From positions 33,847 to 97,846 of the IMG/VR virus record IMGVR_UViG_3300042509_001112: DNA of 64,000 nt; one strand, 5' to 3'. Positions 7,051 to 17,517 of this stretch are shown piece after piece (position 1 is the stretch's first letter; every line of letters begins with the position of its first letter). The DNA comes from a virus. The translations under genes and the position numbers were made by a program. The notes under the pieces are model-generated. The model ran no database searches, had not been told where the DNA came from, and saw only the letters and a program-made list of their open reading frames with translations.

Positions 7051-7346
7051 ATAATTAGTAAGGTAATGGCTTACGAATTATACCAGTGAATACTAATAAG
7101 TAGGATCTTAGAAGTTGGATAGTAATCCGCAGCCTTGAGATAATAGGTAAACATAGCAGATGAGGTTTCTCCAATAGGTACACAAGGACTTGAGTAAAGT
7201 AAGGTATGGCACTCTAGGGTAAAAAACAACAGTAGTAGAGATACTCCCCTAATGGTTATGATTGAGTGTGTAGGCTAAAAACGGATACTTGAAATAAAAC
7301 TTAAGTCTGAATAATTTAAATTACTAGGGGTAAGTGTGTCTTATTC
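7051..7346 (+). ncRNA. ~300-nt structured RNA candidate with pseudoknot
   Basis: Nested stems (e.g. GGACTTGAGT/ACTTAAGTCT, GCACTC/GAGTGT, AATAAG/CTTATT) and crossing CCCCTA/TAGGGG; no ORF. Confidence 0.55.
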
Positions 7347-7387
7347 TGAAGTAGTATATAAGAGTATTAATATTCTAACTTAGGGAA

Positions 7388-7771
7388 ATGAAAATAGAAA
7401 TTAATAATACTCGTGATAAGATTATAGAGCAATACTATACTCTTGTTAATCCTTTATTAGGTAAGGATAAATTGGGTCCTGTTGAGATTAAAGTCTTGAG
7501 TAAAATGGCTTTAATATATAATACGTATCAACATCTAGGAGAAGAAGCTGCAAATCTTCTATTATTCCATACACAAAGTAGAAAACAAATTAGAGAGGCT
7601 GTTGCTAAAGACTTACAAAGTGCTTTTAGTAGGAATAGTCATGAAGCTATTTTATCTCGTCTTAGGAAGAAGAATTTAATTACTAAGAATAAGATATTAT
7701 ATTTACCTCCTATTAAGGATGGTAAGGTTAGTGTAGATATTAAACTTAATATTGTTAATGTAGATGAGTAA
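7388..7771 (+). CDS. Hypothetical protein, possibly winged-helix DNA-binding
   Basis: 127 aa, basic; ILSRLRKKNLI-type helix. Confidence 0.7.
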   Translation: MKIEINNTRDKIIEQYYTLVNPLLGKDKLGPVEIKVLSKMALIYNTYQHLGEEAANLLLFHTQSRKQIREAVAKDLQSAFSRNSHEAILSRLRKKNLITKNKILYLPPIKDGKVSVDIKLNIVNVDE

Positions 7772-8012
7772 TAAGTTTATTGAGTCTATTATTAAGGAAG
7801 TAGCTGAAGAAGAAGGTTTACCTGAATATGTTGTAGAAGAAATCTACGATTCTCCTTTTAAGTTTATGAAAGAGAATACTAAAAGATTTGCTAGTTGGAA
7901 AATATACTTAGTAAATGGATTAGGTAAGTTTATGCCTTATAATACTATTCTTAATAAGGTTAAGAATGGTGAGCATATTAATAATGTTAAAAAATTAGAT
8001 TATGAAGAATAA
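7764..8012 (+). CDS. HU/IHF-like DNA-binding protein
   Basis: IIKEVAEEEGL...VEEIY...IYLVNGLGKF pattern. Confidence 0.65.
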   Translation: MSNKFIESIIKEVAEEEGLPEYVVEEIYDSPFKFMKENTKRFASWKIYLVNGLGKFMPYNTILNKVKNGEHINNVKKLDYEE

Positions 8013-8427
8013 ATCAATTGATATTGATAAGCAAGATAATAAGTTAGTTATATCTGTTTATCCTAAGTTTTATAAAGATGAACAAGTAAATACCGTAACT
8101 CCTACTGTAATTACTTTAGATAGTAATAAGATTAAGGTTACTATGGATTTTGATATTAATATAACTAATAATGAGTACGATGAGATATTAGGTATAGATA
8201 CTAAGAAAGATGAGAATTATCTTAATAAAGGTACTTGGATTAGTAAGAAACATTTTGTTACTAATATATCTAGTGTTGTAAATAGACTTGAGTTAGAAAA
8301 TGATGAAGTTGATTTAGAATACGTAGTACAAATTACTACTTATGGTAATATAATTAATATTAGAACTAAGAATGAAGAGATTCAAGATCAATTACTAACT
8401 TTATTAGAAGAGTGGTACAATGAGTAA
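8002..8427 (+). CDS. Hypothetical protein
   Basis: 141-aa coupled ORF. Confidence 0.75.
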   Translation: MKNKSIDIDKQDNKLVISVYPKFYKDEQVNTVTPTVITLDSNKIKVTMDFDINITNNEYDEILGIDTKKDENYLNKGTWISKKHFVTNISSVVNRLELENDEVDLEYVVQITTYGNIINIRTKNEEIQDQLLTLLEEWYNE

Positions 8428-8647
8428 ATACAGATATACAATAACTTTAGATAATCCTGTAAGAGAAGAAGATGGTTATATTCATATTTATATAGATGAT
8501 AGGTTAATAAGGATAGAAAGAGAAGCTCCTTTTGAATTTACTACTCCAGAACAACTTTCTGATGATGAATTAAAAAGTAAATTAAATAAAATGAAACATA
8601 ACTATACTGCAAAAGTTGGTTTAAATACATTATATAAAAATGAGTAA
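8420..8647 (+). CDS. Hypothetical protein
   Basis: 75-aa coupled ORF. Confidence 0.7.
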   Translation: MSKYRYTITLDNPVREEDGYIHIYIDDRLIRIEREAPFEFTTPEQLSDDELKSKLNKMKHNYTAKVGLNTLYKNE

Positions 8648-8933
8648 TTATACTGAAATAGTTGAAGGTTGGGGTAATTATATATTCCCTAATAAGAAGG
8701 TAGAATATATTGCTAAATCTAGAGCTTTAATATGTGCTGAATGTCCTTTAAATGTATTAGGAATTTGTAGTCCTTTAAAGAAAGGTAAAGTTGTTAAAGA
8801 CTTTACTTATAAAAATAAACTAAGAAAAGAAGGAGATGAGTATGCTGGTTGTGGATGTCCTATAGCTACTAAAACTAGAAGTTTAACAAGTAAATGTCCT
8901 TTAGGTAAATTCTTAGAAGAATCAATAGATTAA
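8640..8933 (+). CDS. Cys-rich putative Zn-binding protein
   Basis: CAECP...GIC...GCGCP...KCPLGKF. Confidence 0.7.
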   Translation: MSNYTEIVEGWGNYIFPNKKVEYIAKSRALICAECPLNVLGICSPLKKGKVVKDFTYKNKLRKEGDEYAGCGCPIATKTRSLTSKCPLGKFLEESID

Positions 8934-8966
8934 TAAATTATAAATAAACAATTAATAAATTATAGA

Positions 8967-9305
8967 ATGGAAACAAAACAAAACGAGTTAAAAGGAATTA
9001 CCCCATTAAATGGTACAGTTATCTTAGAAATGCCTACTAAAACTGCTAGTGGTATTTTATTGAATACCGATGTTAATAAATATCAAGGTGTATTTAGAGT
9101 AGTAGCTGTAGCTGATGATGTTACTAGTATTAAAGTAGGTGACTATGTATTAGGAGCTGGTAGTGTTATGCCTTTAACTGTTAAACAAAATAATATTAAA
9201 ACTGAGTATGCTCAAGTATATAAATCTGCTATCTATACTATTATAGATAAAGATCTTGTAGAAGATGCGTACTTTGGTACTATTGAATCAGGTCATAATG
9301 ATTAA
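8967..9305 (+). CDS. groES: GroES-like co-chaperonin
   Basis: ITPLNGTVIL, KTASGILL, VVAV and IKVGDYVL motifs. Confidence 0.75.
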   Translation: METKQNELKGITPLNGTVILEMPTKTASGILLNTDVNKYQGVFRVVAVADDVTSIKVGDYVLGAGSVMPLTVKQNNIKTEYAQVYKSAIYTIIDKDLVEDAYFGTIESGHND

Positions 9306-9307
9306 TT

Positions 9308-9829
9308 ATGAGAATATTCCAACAAAAGGATAATAATATAATTGTTTCTCCAGAGATACTAACTATACCAGAGTTTAGTGCTATTTGGAAAGCAGATAAA
9401 ACTAAAGATAAGGTAGAGGCTTTCAAAGCCTTTACCTATATCTATCATACAGTAGATTATAACTCTCCTTATAGTAACTATCCTAAAGATAAAAAGGATG
9501 ACTCTATTAAGCAAGATATGCTTGGTGATCCTCAATATAAAATAAGTGATAAAGTTACTAACGCATTAGCTAAGTATAAACAGTTACAAGAAACTCCTTT
9601 ACAAAGGTTAATGCAAGCTGCTAAGAATAAAATAGATGATATAGCAACTTATTTAGAAACTACTAGTGTTGATGATGAATCAATTAAGTTAGTGTTAGAG
9701 GTATATAAAAATATATCAACTGCTGTAAGTAATTTTGATAAGCTACAACAAGCTGTTGAAAAAGAAGTAGAAAAACAAACTAGCAGAAACCGTGGTGATA
9801 TACAAGTTAATAGTGAATATAATGAATAA
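9308..9829 (+). CDS. Conserved protein upstream of TerL, candidate terminase small subunit
   Basis: 173 aa, helical; call based on position. Confidence 0.5.
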   Translation: MRIFQQKDNNIIVSPEILTIPEFSAIWKADKTKDKVEAFKAFTYIYHTVDYNSPYSNYPKDKKDDSIKQDMLGDPQYKISDKVTNALAKYKQLQETPLQRLMQAAKNKIDDIATYLETTSVDDESIKLVLEVYKNISTAVSNFDKLQQAVEKEVEKQTSRNRGDIQVNSEYNE

Positions 9830-9902
9830 GCTTAAACGTAAATTTAAGCGAGTTAAGCGAGTTAAGCAAACTAAACATTTTGAATCTGAATACGGATGTT
9901 AA
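9822..9902 (+). CDS. Basic micro-ORF (26 aa), not in the ORF track
   Basis: MNKLKRKFKRVKRVKQTKHFESEYGC; overlaps the upstream stop and the TerL start. Confidence 0.4.
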   Translation: MNKLKRKFKRVKRVKQTKHFESEYGC

Positions 9903-11890
9903 TAGGAACTAATCAATTTCTTGAAACTAGACAATTCTTTGAAAAGCATGATATGTATACTAAGGCTTTACCTGGTACTTATCAGTATAAAGAGTTTTGG
10001 GATGAACAAGTAAATAGATGTTTAAATGGATATCAAATAGGTAATCTATGGATACCTGGTCCATACTACTTCTATTTAAACTTCTTTCCAATCTTAGGTA
10101 AGGATCCTGTTACTGGTAGAAAGAAAAAGATATTTCCTAAGTTTACTGATGTGGATTTAGAATATTTTCTTATATTAGAAGAAGCTAGGAAACAAAAGAA
10201 AGGTGTTATTATGACTAAACCTAGACGTACAGGTTTCTCTTATAAGAATGCTGCTGTAGTAGTCCATGAATATAACTTCTATAAAGATGCTAAATGTGTT
10301 ATTGGAGCTTATGAAAAGAAGCTATCTGAGAATACAATGAATATGGCTTTAGAAGGATTAAACTTTCTTAATAAGAGTACAGTGTGGTTTAAACCACGTA
10401 ATCCTGATACTAAAGAACATGTTATGGCTAGACATCAAAAAGTAGTTGATGGTGTACCACAATGGGCTGGTTATAATTCAGAGATTAGACGTTTAACATT
10501 TCAAGATAATCCCTTCTCCTCAATTGGTTTAAGTGCTAACATATTCCTATTTGAAGAAGCTGGTCTATTTGCTAATATTAAGGAGTCTTATAATATATCT
10601 GAACCTACTTGGAAAGATGGTGATGATATGATTGGATTACCTATCTTATTTGGTACAGCTGGTGATATGGATAAAGGCTCTTTACAGTTCTCTGAGATGT
10701 TTTATAATCCTGAGAAGTTTAATCTATTAGCTTTTGATAATATTTGGGATAAAGAAAAGACTGGTACTAAATGTGGTTGGTTCTTACCTGCTAGTAAACA
10801 AAGGTTTGGTAACTATCCTGATCCTAATAACAATAATAAGGTAACTCCTATGGTAGATGAAGATGGTAACTCTAATCAAAAGTTAGCTACCTTATCTATT
10901 CTAAAGTATAGAGAGAGTAAGAAAGGTGATATGAAAGCTTTTAGAGATAGTATTACCCAGTACCCTCTTACTACCATGGAAGCATTCCTAGTTAAAGGTA
11001 ATAATATCTTTCCTACTGATTTAGCTCAAGATAGATTAGCCGAGTTAGAATCTAATAAGATAATTACTGATTCTTATTGGTCAGCTGATTTAAAACAAAC
11101 TGAAACTGGTGTAGAATTTAAATTAACTGATAAATTACCTATATCAAAGTTTCCTTTACAAGCTGATGATGATAAAGAAGGTTGTATACAAATCTTTGAA
11201 CAACCCTATACTGATAAACCTGTACATGGTATGTATATTGCTGGTATTGACCCTTATGATGATGATCAGTCTAGTACTGATTCATTAGGTAGTATATTTA
11301 TTATGCATTCCTTAACAAGTAGAATAGTAGCTGAATATACAGGTAGACCACAGACTGCTAAAGAGTTTTTTGAGATTTGTAGGAAGCTAATGGTATATTA
11401 TAATGCTGTTGGTAACTATGAAAACAATAAAAAAGGTCTATTTGCTTACTTTGAGCAAAGAAATTGCTTACATTTACTCTGTAATACACCTAAAATACTT
11501 AAAGATCAACAAATTATTACCATTATAAGGGATTCTGGTAACACTAGTAAGGGTACTAATGCCTCTAAAGAGGTAAATAAGTACGCTAGACAGCTAATTA
11601 GAAGCTATATGCTTGATCAAGCTTACAATAAAGAGGGTGGAATTACAAATACACACACAATTCCTAGTATTCCTCTATTAAAAGAGATAATTTATTGGAA
11701 TGAAAATGGTAATTTTGATAGAGTTAGTAGTTTAGGTATGCTTTTAATACTTAAAGAAGATAGAATTAAACTAATTGTTGAAGAAGAGGAGGAAGAAGAG
11801 GATAAATTTAGATCTTTTTTTAATAGATATACCAATACAAACAATAGCTATATACCCAGTGGAATAACTTTTGGACATGAATACCGATAA
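9896..11890 (+). CDS. terL: Terminase large subunit
   Basis: Walker A-like KPRRTGFS; Walker B FLFEEAG; nuclease motifs AGIDPYD and NFDRVS. Confidence 0.95.
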   Translation: MLIGTNQFLETRQFFEKHDMYTKALPGTYQYKEFWDEQVNRCLNGYQIGNLWIPGPYYFYLNFFPILGKDPVTGRKKKIFPKFTDVDLEYFLILEEARKQKKGVIMTKPRRTGFSYKNAAVVVHEYNFYKDAKCVIGAYEKKLSENTMNMALEGLNFLNKSTVWFKPRNPDTKEHVMARHQKVVDGVPQWAGYNSEIRRLTFQDNPFSSIGLSANIFLFEEAGLFANIKESYNISEPTWKDGDDMIGLPILFGTAGDMDKGSLQFSEMFYNPEKFNLLAFDNIWDKEKTGTKCGWFLPASKQRFGNYPDPNNNNKVTPMVDEDGNSNQKLATLSILKYRESKKGDMKAFRDSITQYPLTTMEAFLVKGNNIFPTDLAQDRLAELESNKIITDSYWSADLKQTETGVEFKLTDKLPISKFPLQADDDKEGCIQIFEQPYTDKPVHGMYIAGIDPYDDDQSSTDSLGSIFIMHSLTSRIVAEYTGRPQTAKEFFEICRKLMVYYNAVGNYENNKKGLFAYFEQRNCLHLLCNTPKILKDQQIITIIRDSGNTSKGTNASKEVNKYARQLIRSYMLDQAYNKEGGITNTHTIPSIPLLKEIIYWNENGNFDRVSSLGMLLILKEDRIKLIVEEEEEEEDKFRSFFNRYTNTNNSYIPSGITFGHEYR

Positions 11891-11922
11891 TTATATATAA
11901 GTAATACATTACAATTTTTCAT

Positions 11923-14493
11923 ATGAACAAATTCAACTTAAATATTACTTTTCCTAACCAGAAACTACCAGAATCATCTAAAAATGAGGAATGGCGTAAG
12001 CAAAATGTAGATGCTGCTGAAACTTTGATATTGAATCAAAACCAATATACAAGAAATTCTAGGTATTCTAAGCTGGTTAACTACGATTTATATGCAGGTA
12101 AGCTCCATCCTAGTGATATGGAACTTATTATGAATCCTTTGGGGTTAAAAGATGTACATTTTCCTGCAAGACCTTTAAATCACTCTATTATTAATCCTTA
12201 TATTAAGACTTTAATAGGTGAGGAAATTAAAAGAAGGTTTGATTACCATCTTAAAGTTAATAATGAAGATGCTATTAGTGAAAAAGAGAAAGCTCAAATA
12301 CAATCTTATCAACAATTAATTGAGCAAATATTACTTGAAGGTTTAGAACAACCTCAAGAGCAAACTGAGGAAGCTAAAGCTGCTTTTGAAGCTGAAGTTG
12401 AGAAAAGACTTAGACAAAAGAAACAATACATGACCTATGAGTGGCAAGATGTTAGAGAAATTGCTGGTACTAGGTTATTAAAATATTATACACAAAAGAA
12501 TAACTTACCTGATGCCTTTATGAGAGGGTTTGAGGATAGTTTAATTTGTGCTGAAGAAATCTATAGAATAGATGTAGAGAACAACGAACCTGTTGTTTAC
12601 AAATGTAATCCTCTTAATACTTATTTTTTACTACCTCCTAACTCTAATAAAGTAGAGGACTGTGATATTATTATTGAGGAGGATTATGTACCTGTTAGTA
12701 AGATTATAGATGATTATTATGAATACCTTAAACCATCTGAAATTGATTGGTTAGGTGAACGTACTATGTATAAAGCTAAAGGTACTTATGGTGGACCTGT
12801 TAACTATGAGTTACAAGATCCTACCTTTGCAATACCATTTGGTTTTACTAATAGTATTAATATTAATCAAGTAAATGTATCTGCTAATAGTTATCTTGCA
12901 TTTGATTCACAAAACAATGTAAGACGTGTTAAAGTTGTATGGAGAAGTCTTAAGAAAGTAGGTGTATTATCTTATATAGATGAGTTAGGACAACCTCAAG
13001 AAACTTATGTACCTGAAACATATAAGGTAAACAAAGAAGCTGGAGAATCAGTTAAATGGATTTGGATTGGTGAGTGGTGGGAAGGTACTAAACTTGCTAA
13101 TGATATCTATATTAAGATGCAACCTAGACCAATCCAGTTTAGAACTTTAAATAACTTATCTAAATGTGCTAGCGGATATGTTGGTACTATTTACAAAACT
13201 AATAGTTCTCAACCTCAATCTCTATTAGACATTATGAAGTCTTATCAATACTTATATAATGTTATTTATCATAGAACCCAATTAGCTTTTGCTAAGAATA
13301 TTGGTAAGGTAGCTAACTTAGATTTAGCTAAAATGCCTGCTGGATGGGAACCTGATAAGTGGTTATACTATATGAGAGAGATGGGATTAGCTGTAACTGA
13401 TAGTTTTAATGAAGCTAAAAAAGGTGCTGCTACTGGTAAGTTAGCTGGTAATATGTCTAGTAATCAAGCTGTGTTAGATTTGGATATGGGTAACTATATT
13501 CAACAACATATTGAGATGCTACAATATATTAAAACTGAACTTGATTTAGTAACTGGTATTACTCCACAAAGACGTGGACAATATACTTCATCTGATCAAG
13601 GATTAGGTGTAACACAAGAAAATAAGTTAGCTAGTTCTAATATTACTGAATGGTATTATAAGATCCATGATAACACTAAAGTTAGGGTATTATCCCACTT
13701 ACTAGAAACAGCTAAATACTGTTTACGTAATGGTAATAAGAATATCCAATATATAGAAGATGATTATACTACTAAAATATATCAAGTTGATGGAGAGCTT
13801 GTAAATGAATCAGAATACGATTTATTTATTAGAGATGCTGTAGAGGATGGACAAGCTATTGAAATGTTACGTAGAGCTACAGAAATAGGTTTACAAACTG
13901 GTCAGGTTAATATTATCCAATTGATGGATATCTATAGTAATCAATCATTAGCTTCTATTAGAAGAAAGATTGAGAGATCTGTAGCTGAAGCACAAGAGCA
14001 AGCTCAACAAGCTCAAGAAATGCAATTACAACAGCAAAAGGCTATTGAAGATCAAAAAGCTCAAATTGAAATGGAAAAGCTTAGACTTAAGCAATATGAA
14101 ATTGATCAAAACAATCAGACTAAGATTGCTATTGCTGAGATGCAAGCTTATGCTATGGATGAAGGATCTTCTCCAGAGTTAATTGATAGGACTGCAGAAT
14201 ATGCATTTAAACAACAAGAAATATCTCAAAAAGCATTTAATGAGCAAGAAAAGCTTAGACATGCTAAAGAAGTAAAAGATAAAGAACTTGATCTTAAGCG
14301 TAGAGAACTTGATGAAAGGATGAAGATTGAGAATAAGAAACTAGAGCAAATTGAAGTACAAAATAAAAACCAAGAGTACTTAAAAGAGCTTGATGTTAAG
14401 ATGAAGAAAGAAGAACTTAACGCTAAGAAAGAGATTGAAAAAATAAAACTACAAGCAGCTAAATCTAAAGCTAGATCTTCAACTAAAAAGTAA
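11923..14493 (+). CDS. Portal protein (crAss-like)
   Basis: 856 aa directly after TerL; WIGEWWEGTK motif; coiled-coil C-terminus. Confidence 0.9.
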   Translation: MNKFNLNITFPNQKLPESSKNEEWRKQNVDAAETLILNQNQYTRNSRYSKLVNYDLYAGKLHPSDMELIMNPLGLKDVHFPARPLNHSIINPYIKTLIGEEIKRRFDYHLKVNNEDAISEKEKAQIQSYQQLIEQILLEGLEQPQEQTEEAKAAFEAEVEKRLRQKKQYMTYEWQDVREIAGTRLLKYYTQKNNLPDAFMRGFEDSLICAEEIYRIDVENNEPVVYKCNPLNTYFLLPPNSNKVEDCDIIIEEDYVPVSKIIDDYYEYLKPSEIDWLGERTMYKAKGTYGGPVNYELQDPTFAIPFGFTNSININQVNVSANSYLAFDSQNNVRRVKVVWRSLKKVGVLSYIDELGQPQETYVPETYKVNKEAGESVKWIWIGEWWEGTKLANDIYIKMQPRPIQFRTLNNLSKCASGYVGTIYKTNSSQPQSLLDIMKSYQYLYNVIYHRTQLAFAKNIGKVANLDLAKMPAGWEPDKWLYYMREMGLAVTDSFNEAKKGAATGKLAGNMSSNQAVLDLDMGNYIQQHIEMLQYIKTELDLVTGITPQRRGQYTSSDQGLGVTQENKLASSNITEWYYKIHDNTKVRVLSHLLETAKYCLRNGNKNIQYIEDDYTTKIYQVDGELVNESEYDLFIRDAVEDGQAIEMLRRATEIGLQTGQVNIIQLMDIYSNQSLASIRRKIERSVAEAQEQAQQAQEMQLQQQKAIEDQKAQIEMEKLRLKQYEIDQNNQTKIAIAEMQAYAMDEGSSPELIDRTAEYAFKQQEISQKAFNEQEKLRHAKEVKDKELDLKRRELDERMKIENKKLEQIEVQNKNQEYLKELDVKMKKEELNAKKEIEKIKLQAAKSKARSSTKK

Positions 14494-14494
14494 T

Positions 14495-17149
14495 ATGTTA
14501 CTAAATAATAAGCATTACTATAATCTACCTCCACAAGAAAGAAAAGACTTGTGGAAACACTATAAAAAAGTATATCCTAATATGGGGTATACTGATATGG
14601 TTAAACATTTTAATGGTGAAGTAGAGAACTATCAATTTGGTGGTAGAACTGATTATTTTGATAGTGATGTTAAGAAGTTTGCTGATGGTGGAGAAACTAA
14701 TGATAATAAAAATAATGCTCCATATAGACAATTATCTATTCCAATGGAAGGATATGAGCCAGATCCATTATTTTATAATACTTTATCTAAAACTGAAACT
14801 AAAAAACTAAATACAAAAACTAATACAAAAACTAATACTCAAAAATCTGAAACTTCAGATTTAACAAAATATTTATTAAATAAATATAAAAATCAAAATT
14901 CACAATATACACAACCTAGATATGTAGCTGAACCAAGTACTACAAGTACAGCTAAACCTGTAATTATTAATCAAGATTTAATACAGCAAAGTAATTTAAA
15001 TAAAAATAAAGGTACTTTAAAAGGTATAGATAAAATGCCTGAACAACCTCTTACTAGAGAAGAAGTTAGGAAAGGTATAAAATTTACAACTGATGTAGCT
15101 GGTTTATTATATCCTCCAGCAGCTATTGCTGGATCTGCTATGGATATGTATCAAGGAGATAAAACAGGTGCTTTATTAGGTTTAATACCTGGAACTAAAG
15201 ATTTTTTAGCTAGTAAAAATATGGCTACTAAATTTGCTACAAAAGCTTTTAATTTAGGAATACCTAATAAAGTAATACAACCATCTAAAAAAGTAATTAG
15301 AGAAGCTGGTAAATATATTAAAGGATCTGCTGAAGTAGTTGATGCTAAAGATGATATAGGTAAACCTATAGTAGAAACATTAAAATCTAAGTACAAACAA
15401 GGTGGTTTAATTAAAAAATATGAAGATGGTGGTACAGATAAACCTAAAGTAAACTCTAAAATACTTAGTGGATTAGCAAATAACATACCAAAAAATAGAC
15501 TTGAAGCTGAAAGTAGAGAAGAATATAAAAGAATGCATCCTGAAATAGAAGCAGCAAACTTTTATAATAAGATACAAAAAAATATAAATCAAACTTCTGA
15601 AATATATCAATCTGGTCCTAAAAAAGGTCAACCTACAGGTAAAGGTGCTTTAGAACCATCTTATCCTGAAATGATGTTAATGCCAGGTAGTTTACCTATT
15701 AAAGCTGCTAGTAAAATAGGTAAGGCAGCCGTAGGTGTGGCAGAAGCATTAAACCCTATAGGAGGAATGAAAAGTTTAAAACCTACATCTGTAAGTTCAT
15801 CTGTAGATGATATTGGTAGAAATTTAGCAGATTTACAAAAAGCTCAAAAGTTTGCACAACAGTATGGGTATGAGTTACCTGCAAATTTAGAAAGAATATC
15901 TCAGTCAAATATGCTTACTGATAGAACTATTAGAGGTATGATGGATAGGCATAATACTTTTGTAAGAGGTGTTAGTACAAATTGGGATGAAATTGCAAAA
16001 AGAAATCCAGAGATATTAAGACATCTTGAAAGTAAAGGAATTGATTGGCAAAATAATCCTAAAGCAGCAGCAGAATATATGGCTACTCACATTCCTATTA
16101 ATACTGGATATGGTAGAGCATCTTTAAATACTGAAGTTTTTGATAGAGGGTTACAAGGATTATACACATCTAACTCTATACCTACAGCTGAAGGTTATAC
16201 TTACGGTCAAGGTTTTATTACAAAGGTGAAAAAACCTACAGACTTTTTTTCCCCTAATAGACAAGATTGGATTACTAAAAATAATCCGCATTATAGAGAT
16301 GAAGATAAATTTAGAGAATTAATGTTTCCTCTTTCAGATGAAACTAAATATGCAATTCATTCTTCTAAATCTAAAATGTGGACACCTAAAAGTGCAGATG
16401 AAAAATTATTAAAAAATGCTACTTCTAAACAGAAAGCAATCAAAGAGGTAGAGTATAGAATAGAACAACTTAAAAAAGATATTTCTGAAATTGAACCAAA
16501 TAAAGATAAGTGGATTGATGCTCCAGAAGTAATTTATTCTAAAAAAGAATTAGTAAAACAATTAGAAAATGATATAAAATATTTAGAAAAACATGGGGAT
16601 GAAATACTACAAACTCCTGGAGAATTTAATCTTTTAAGAACTGAAAGAAGTAATCTACCTACAGATCCCTATAATTTTTTAATAGCTAAAGAAGGAAATG
16701 CAAAAAGACTTTCTGAATGGTTAAAAAAACAACCTTACCAAGAAAAAATGAGAGAGGTAAATGATCTTGGTGAATCTTTAAGAAAATATAGTTGGGATGA
16801 ACAACAACCAATTAGAGCAAAAATAAAAGAGTTACAAGATGAAGTAAATGCTTTGTATAATCAAAGTGTTCAAGATTATATGAAAGCTAATCATCCTGAC
16901 TATGATCCTATTAATAAATATGCTCATTACATACATTTAGGTACACCTGGACAAAAAGTATTAGAACCTATTAAAAGTTGGGAGATTACTCCTGAGATAT
17001 GGAAAAATAAATCAAGGGCACACACTAATAAATATTCTAAAAAATTTAGTGCGTTAAAATATGGAGGATTTATAGGAATAGGAGGAGCAGGATTATTAGG
17101 AGCAGGAGCATTACAACAAAATAAAAAGAAGGGAGGATTAATTAAATGA
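14495..17149 (+). CDS. Modular virion cargo protein with (F/Y)xxGG repeats and an ART-like domain
   Basis: YQFGG, FADGG, YKQGG, YEDGG, LKYGG; FVRGV...GLYTSNS...AEGY. Confidence 0.6.
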   Translation: MLLNNKHYYNLPPQERKDLWKHYKKVYPNMGYTDMVKHFNGEVENYQFGGRTDYFDSDVKKFADGGETNDNKNNAPYRQLSIPMEGYEPDPLFYNTLSKTETKKLNTKTNTKTNTQKSETSDLTKYLLNKYKNQNSQYTQPRYVAEPSTTSTAKPVIINQDLIQQSNLNKNKGTLKGIDKMPEQPLTREEVRKGIKFTTDVAGLLYPPAAIAGSAMDMYQGDKTGALLGLIPGTKDFLASKNMATKFATKAFNLGIPNKVIQPSKKVIREAGKYIKGSAEVVDAKDDIGKPIVETLKSKYKQGGLIKKYEDGGTDKPKVNSKILSGLANNIPKNRLEAESREEYKRMHPEIEAANFYNKIQKNINQTSEIYQSGPKKGQPTGKGALEPSYPEMMLMPGSLPIKAASKIGKAAVGVAEALNPIGGMKSLKPTSVSSSVDDIGRNLADLQKAQKFAQQYGYELPANLERISQSNMLTDRTIRGMMDRHNTFVRGVSTNWDEIAKRNPEILRHLESKGIDWQNNPKAAAEYMATHIPINTGYGRASLNTEVFDRGLQGLYTSNSIPTAEGYTYGQGFITKVKKPTDFFSPNRQDWITKNNPHYRDEDKFRELMFPLSDETKYAIHSSKSKMWTPKSADEKLLKNATSKQKAIKEVEYRIEQLKKDISEIEPNKDKWIDAPEVIYSKKELVKQLENDIKYLEKHGDEILQTPGEFNLLRTERSNLPTDPYNFLIAKEGNAKRLSEWLKKQPYQEKMREVNDLGESLRKYSWDEQQPIRAKIKELQDEVNALYNQSVQDYMKANHPDYDPINKYAHYIHLGTPGQKVLEPIKSWEITPEIWKNKSRAHTNKYSKKFSALKYGGFIGIGGAGLLGAGALQQNKKKGGLIK

Positions 17150-17439
17150 TAACTAACTTCAACATATTTGGACAACTTATTAAGATAGAAACTCGTAAGT
17201 CTTTATACAAAAAGAAGTGTTTAGGTATGTGGTTAGCTAATGAAAATACAATTCTTATACAAGAGAATACTGATAAATATCCTCTTAATGATGATATAAT
17301 TAATCAAACTACTTGTCATGAAATTATACATGCTTGGTTAGATAAATGTAATTATCATAAGCTTTCTGATGATGAACAATTAGTTGATTTACTAGGTAGT
17401 TGTTTACATGAATTCTTAACTTCACAAAGTAAAAACTAG
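17146..17439 (+). CDS. Small zincin-like metallopeptidase
   Basis: HEIIH motif plus downstream DEQLV. Confidence 0.75.
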   Translation: MITNFNIFGQLIKIETRKSLYKKKCLGMWLANENTILIQENTDKYPLNDDIINQTTCHEIIHAWLDKCNYHKLSDDEQLVDLLGSCLHEFLTSQSKN

Positions 17440-17517
17440 ATATTAAGCTATTAACAGAAAAAATATAAAATAAATAATTATAATACAAATTATAAATAAA
17501 CTAATATATTAACTAAC

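Noticed and set aside
14810-14845. 12-bp tandem repeat encoding NTKT
   Set aside because: Ordinary low-complexity slippage in a linker
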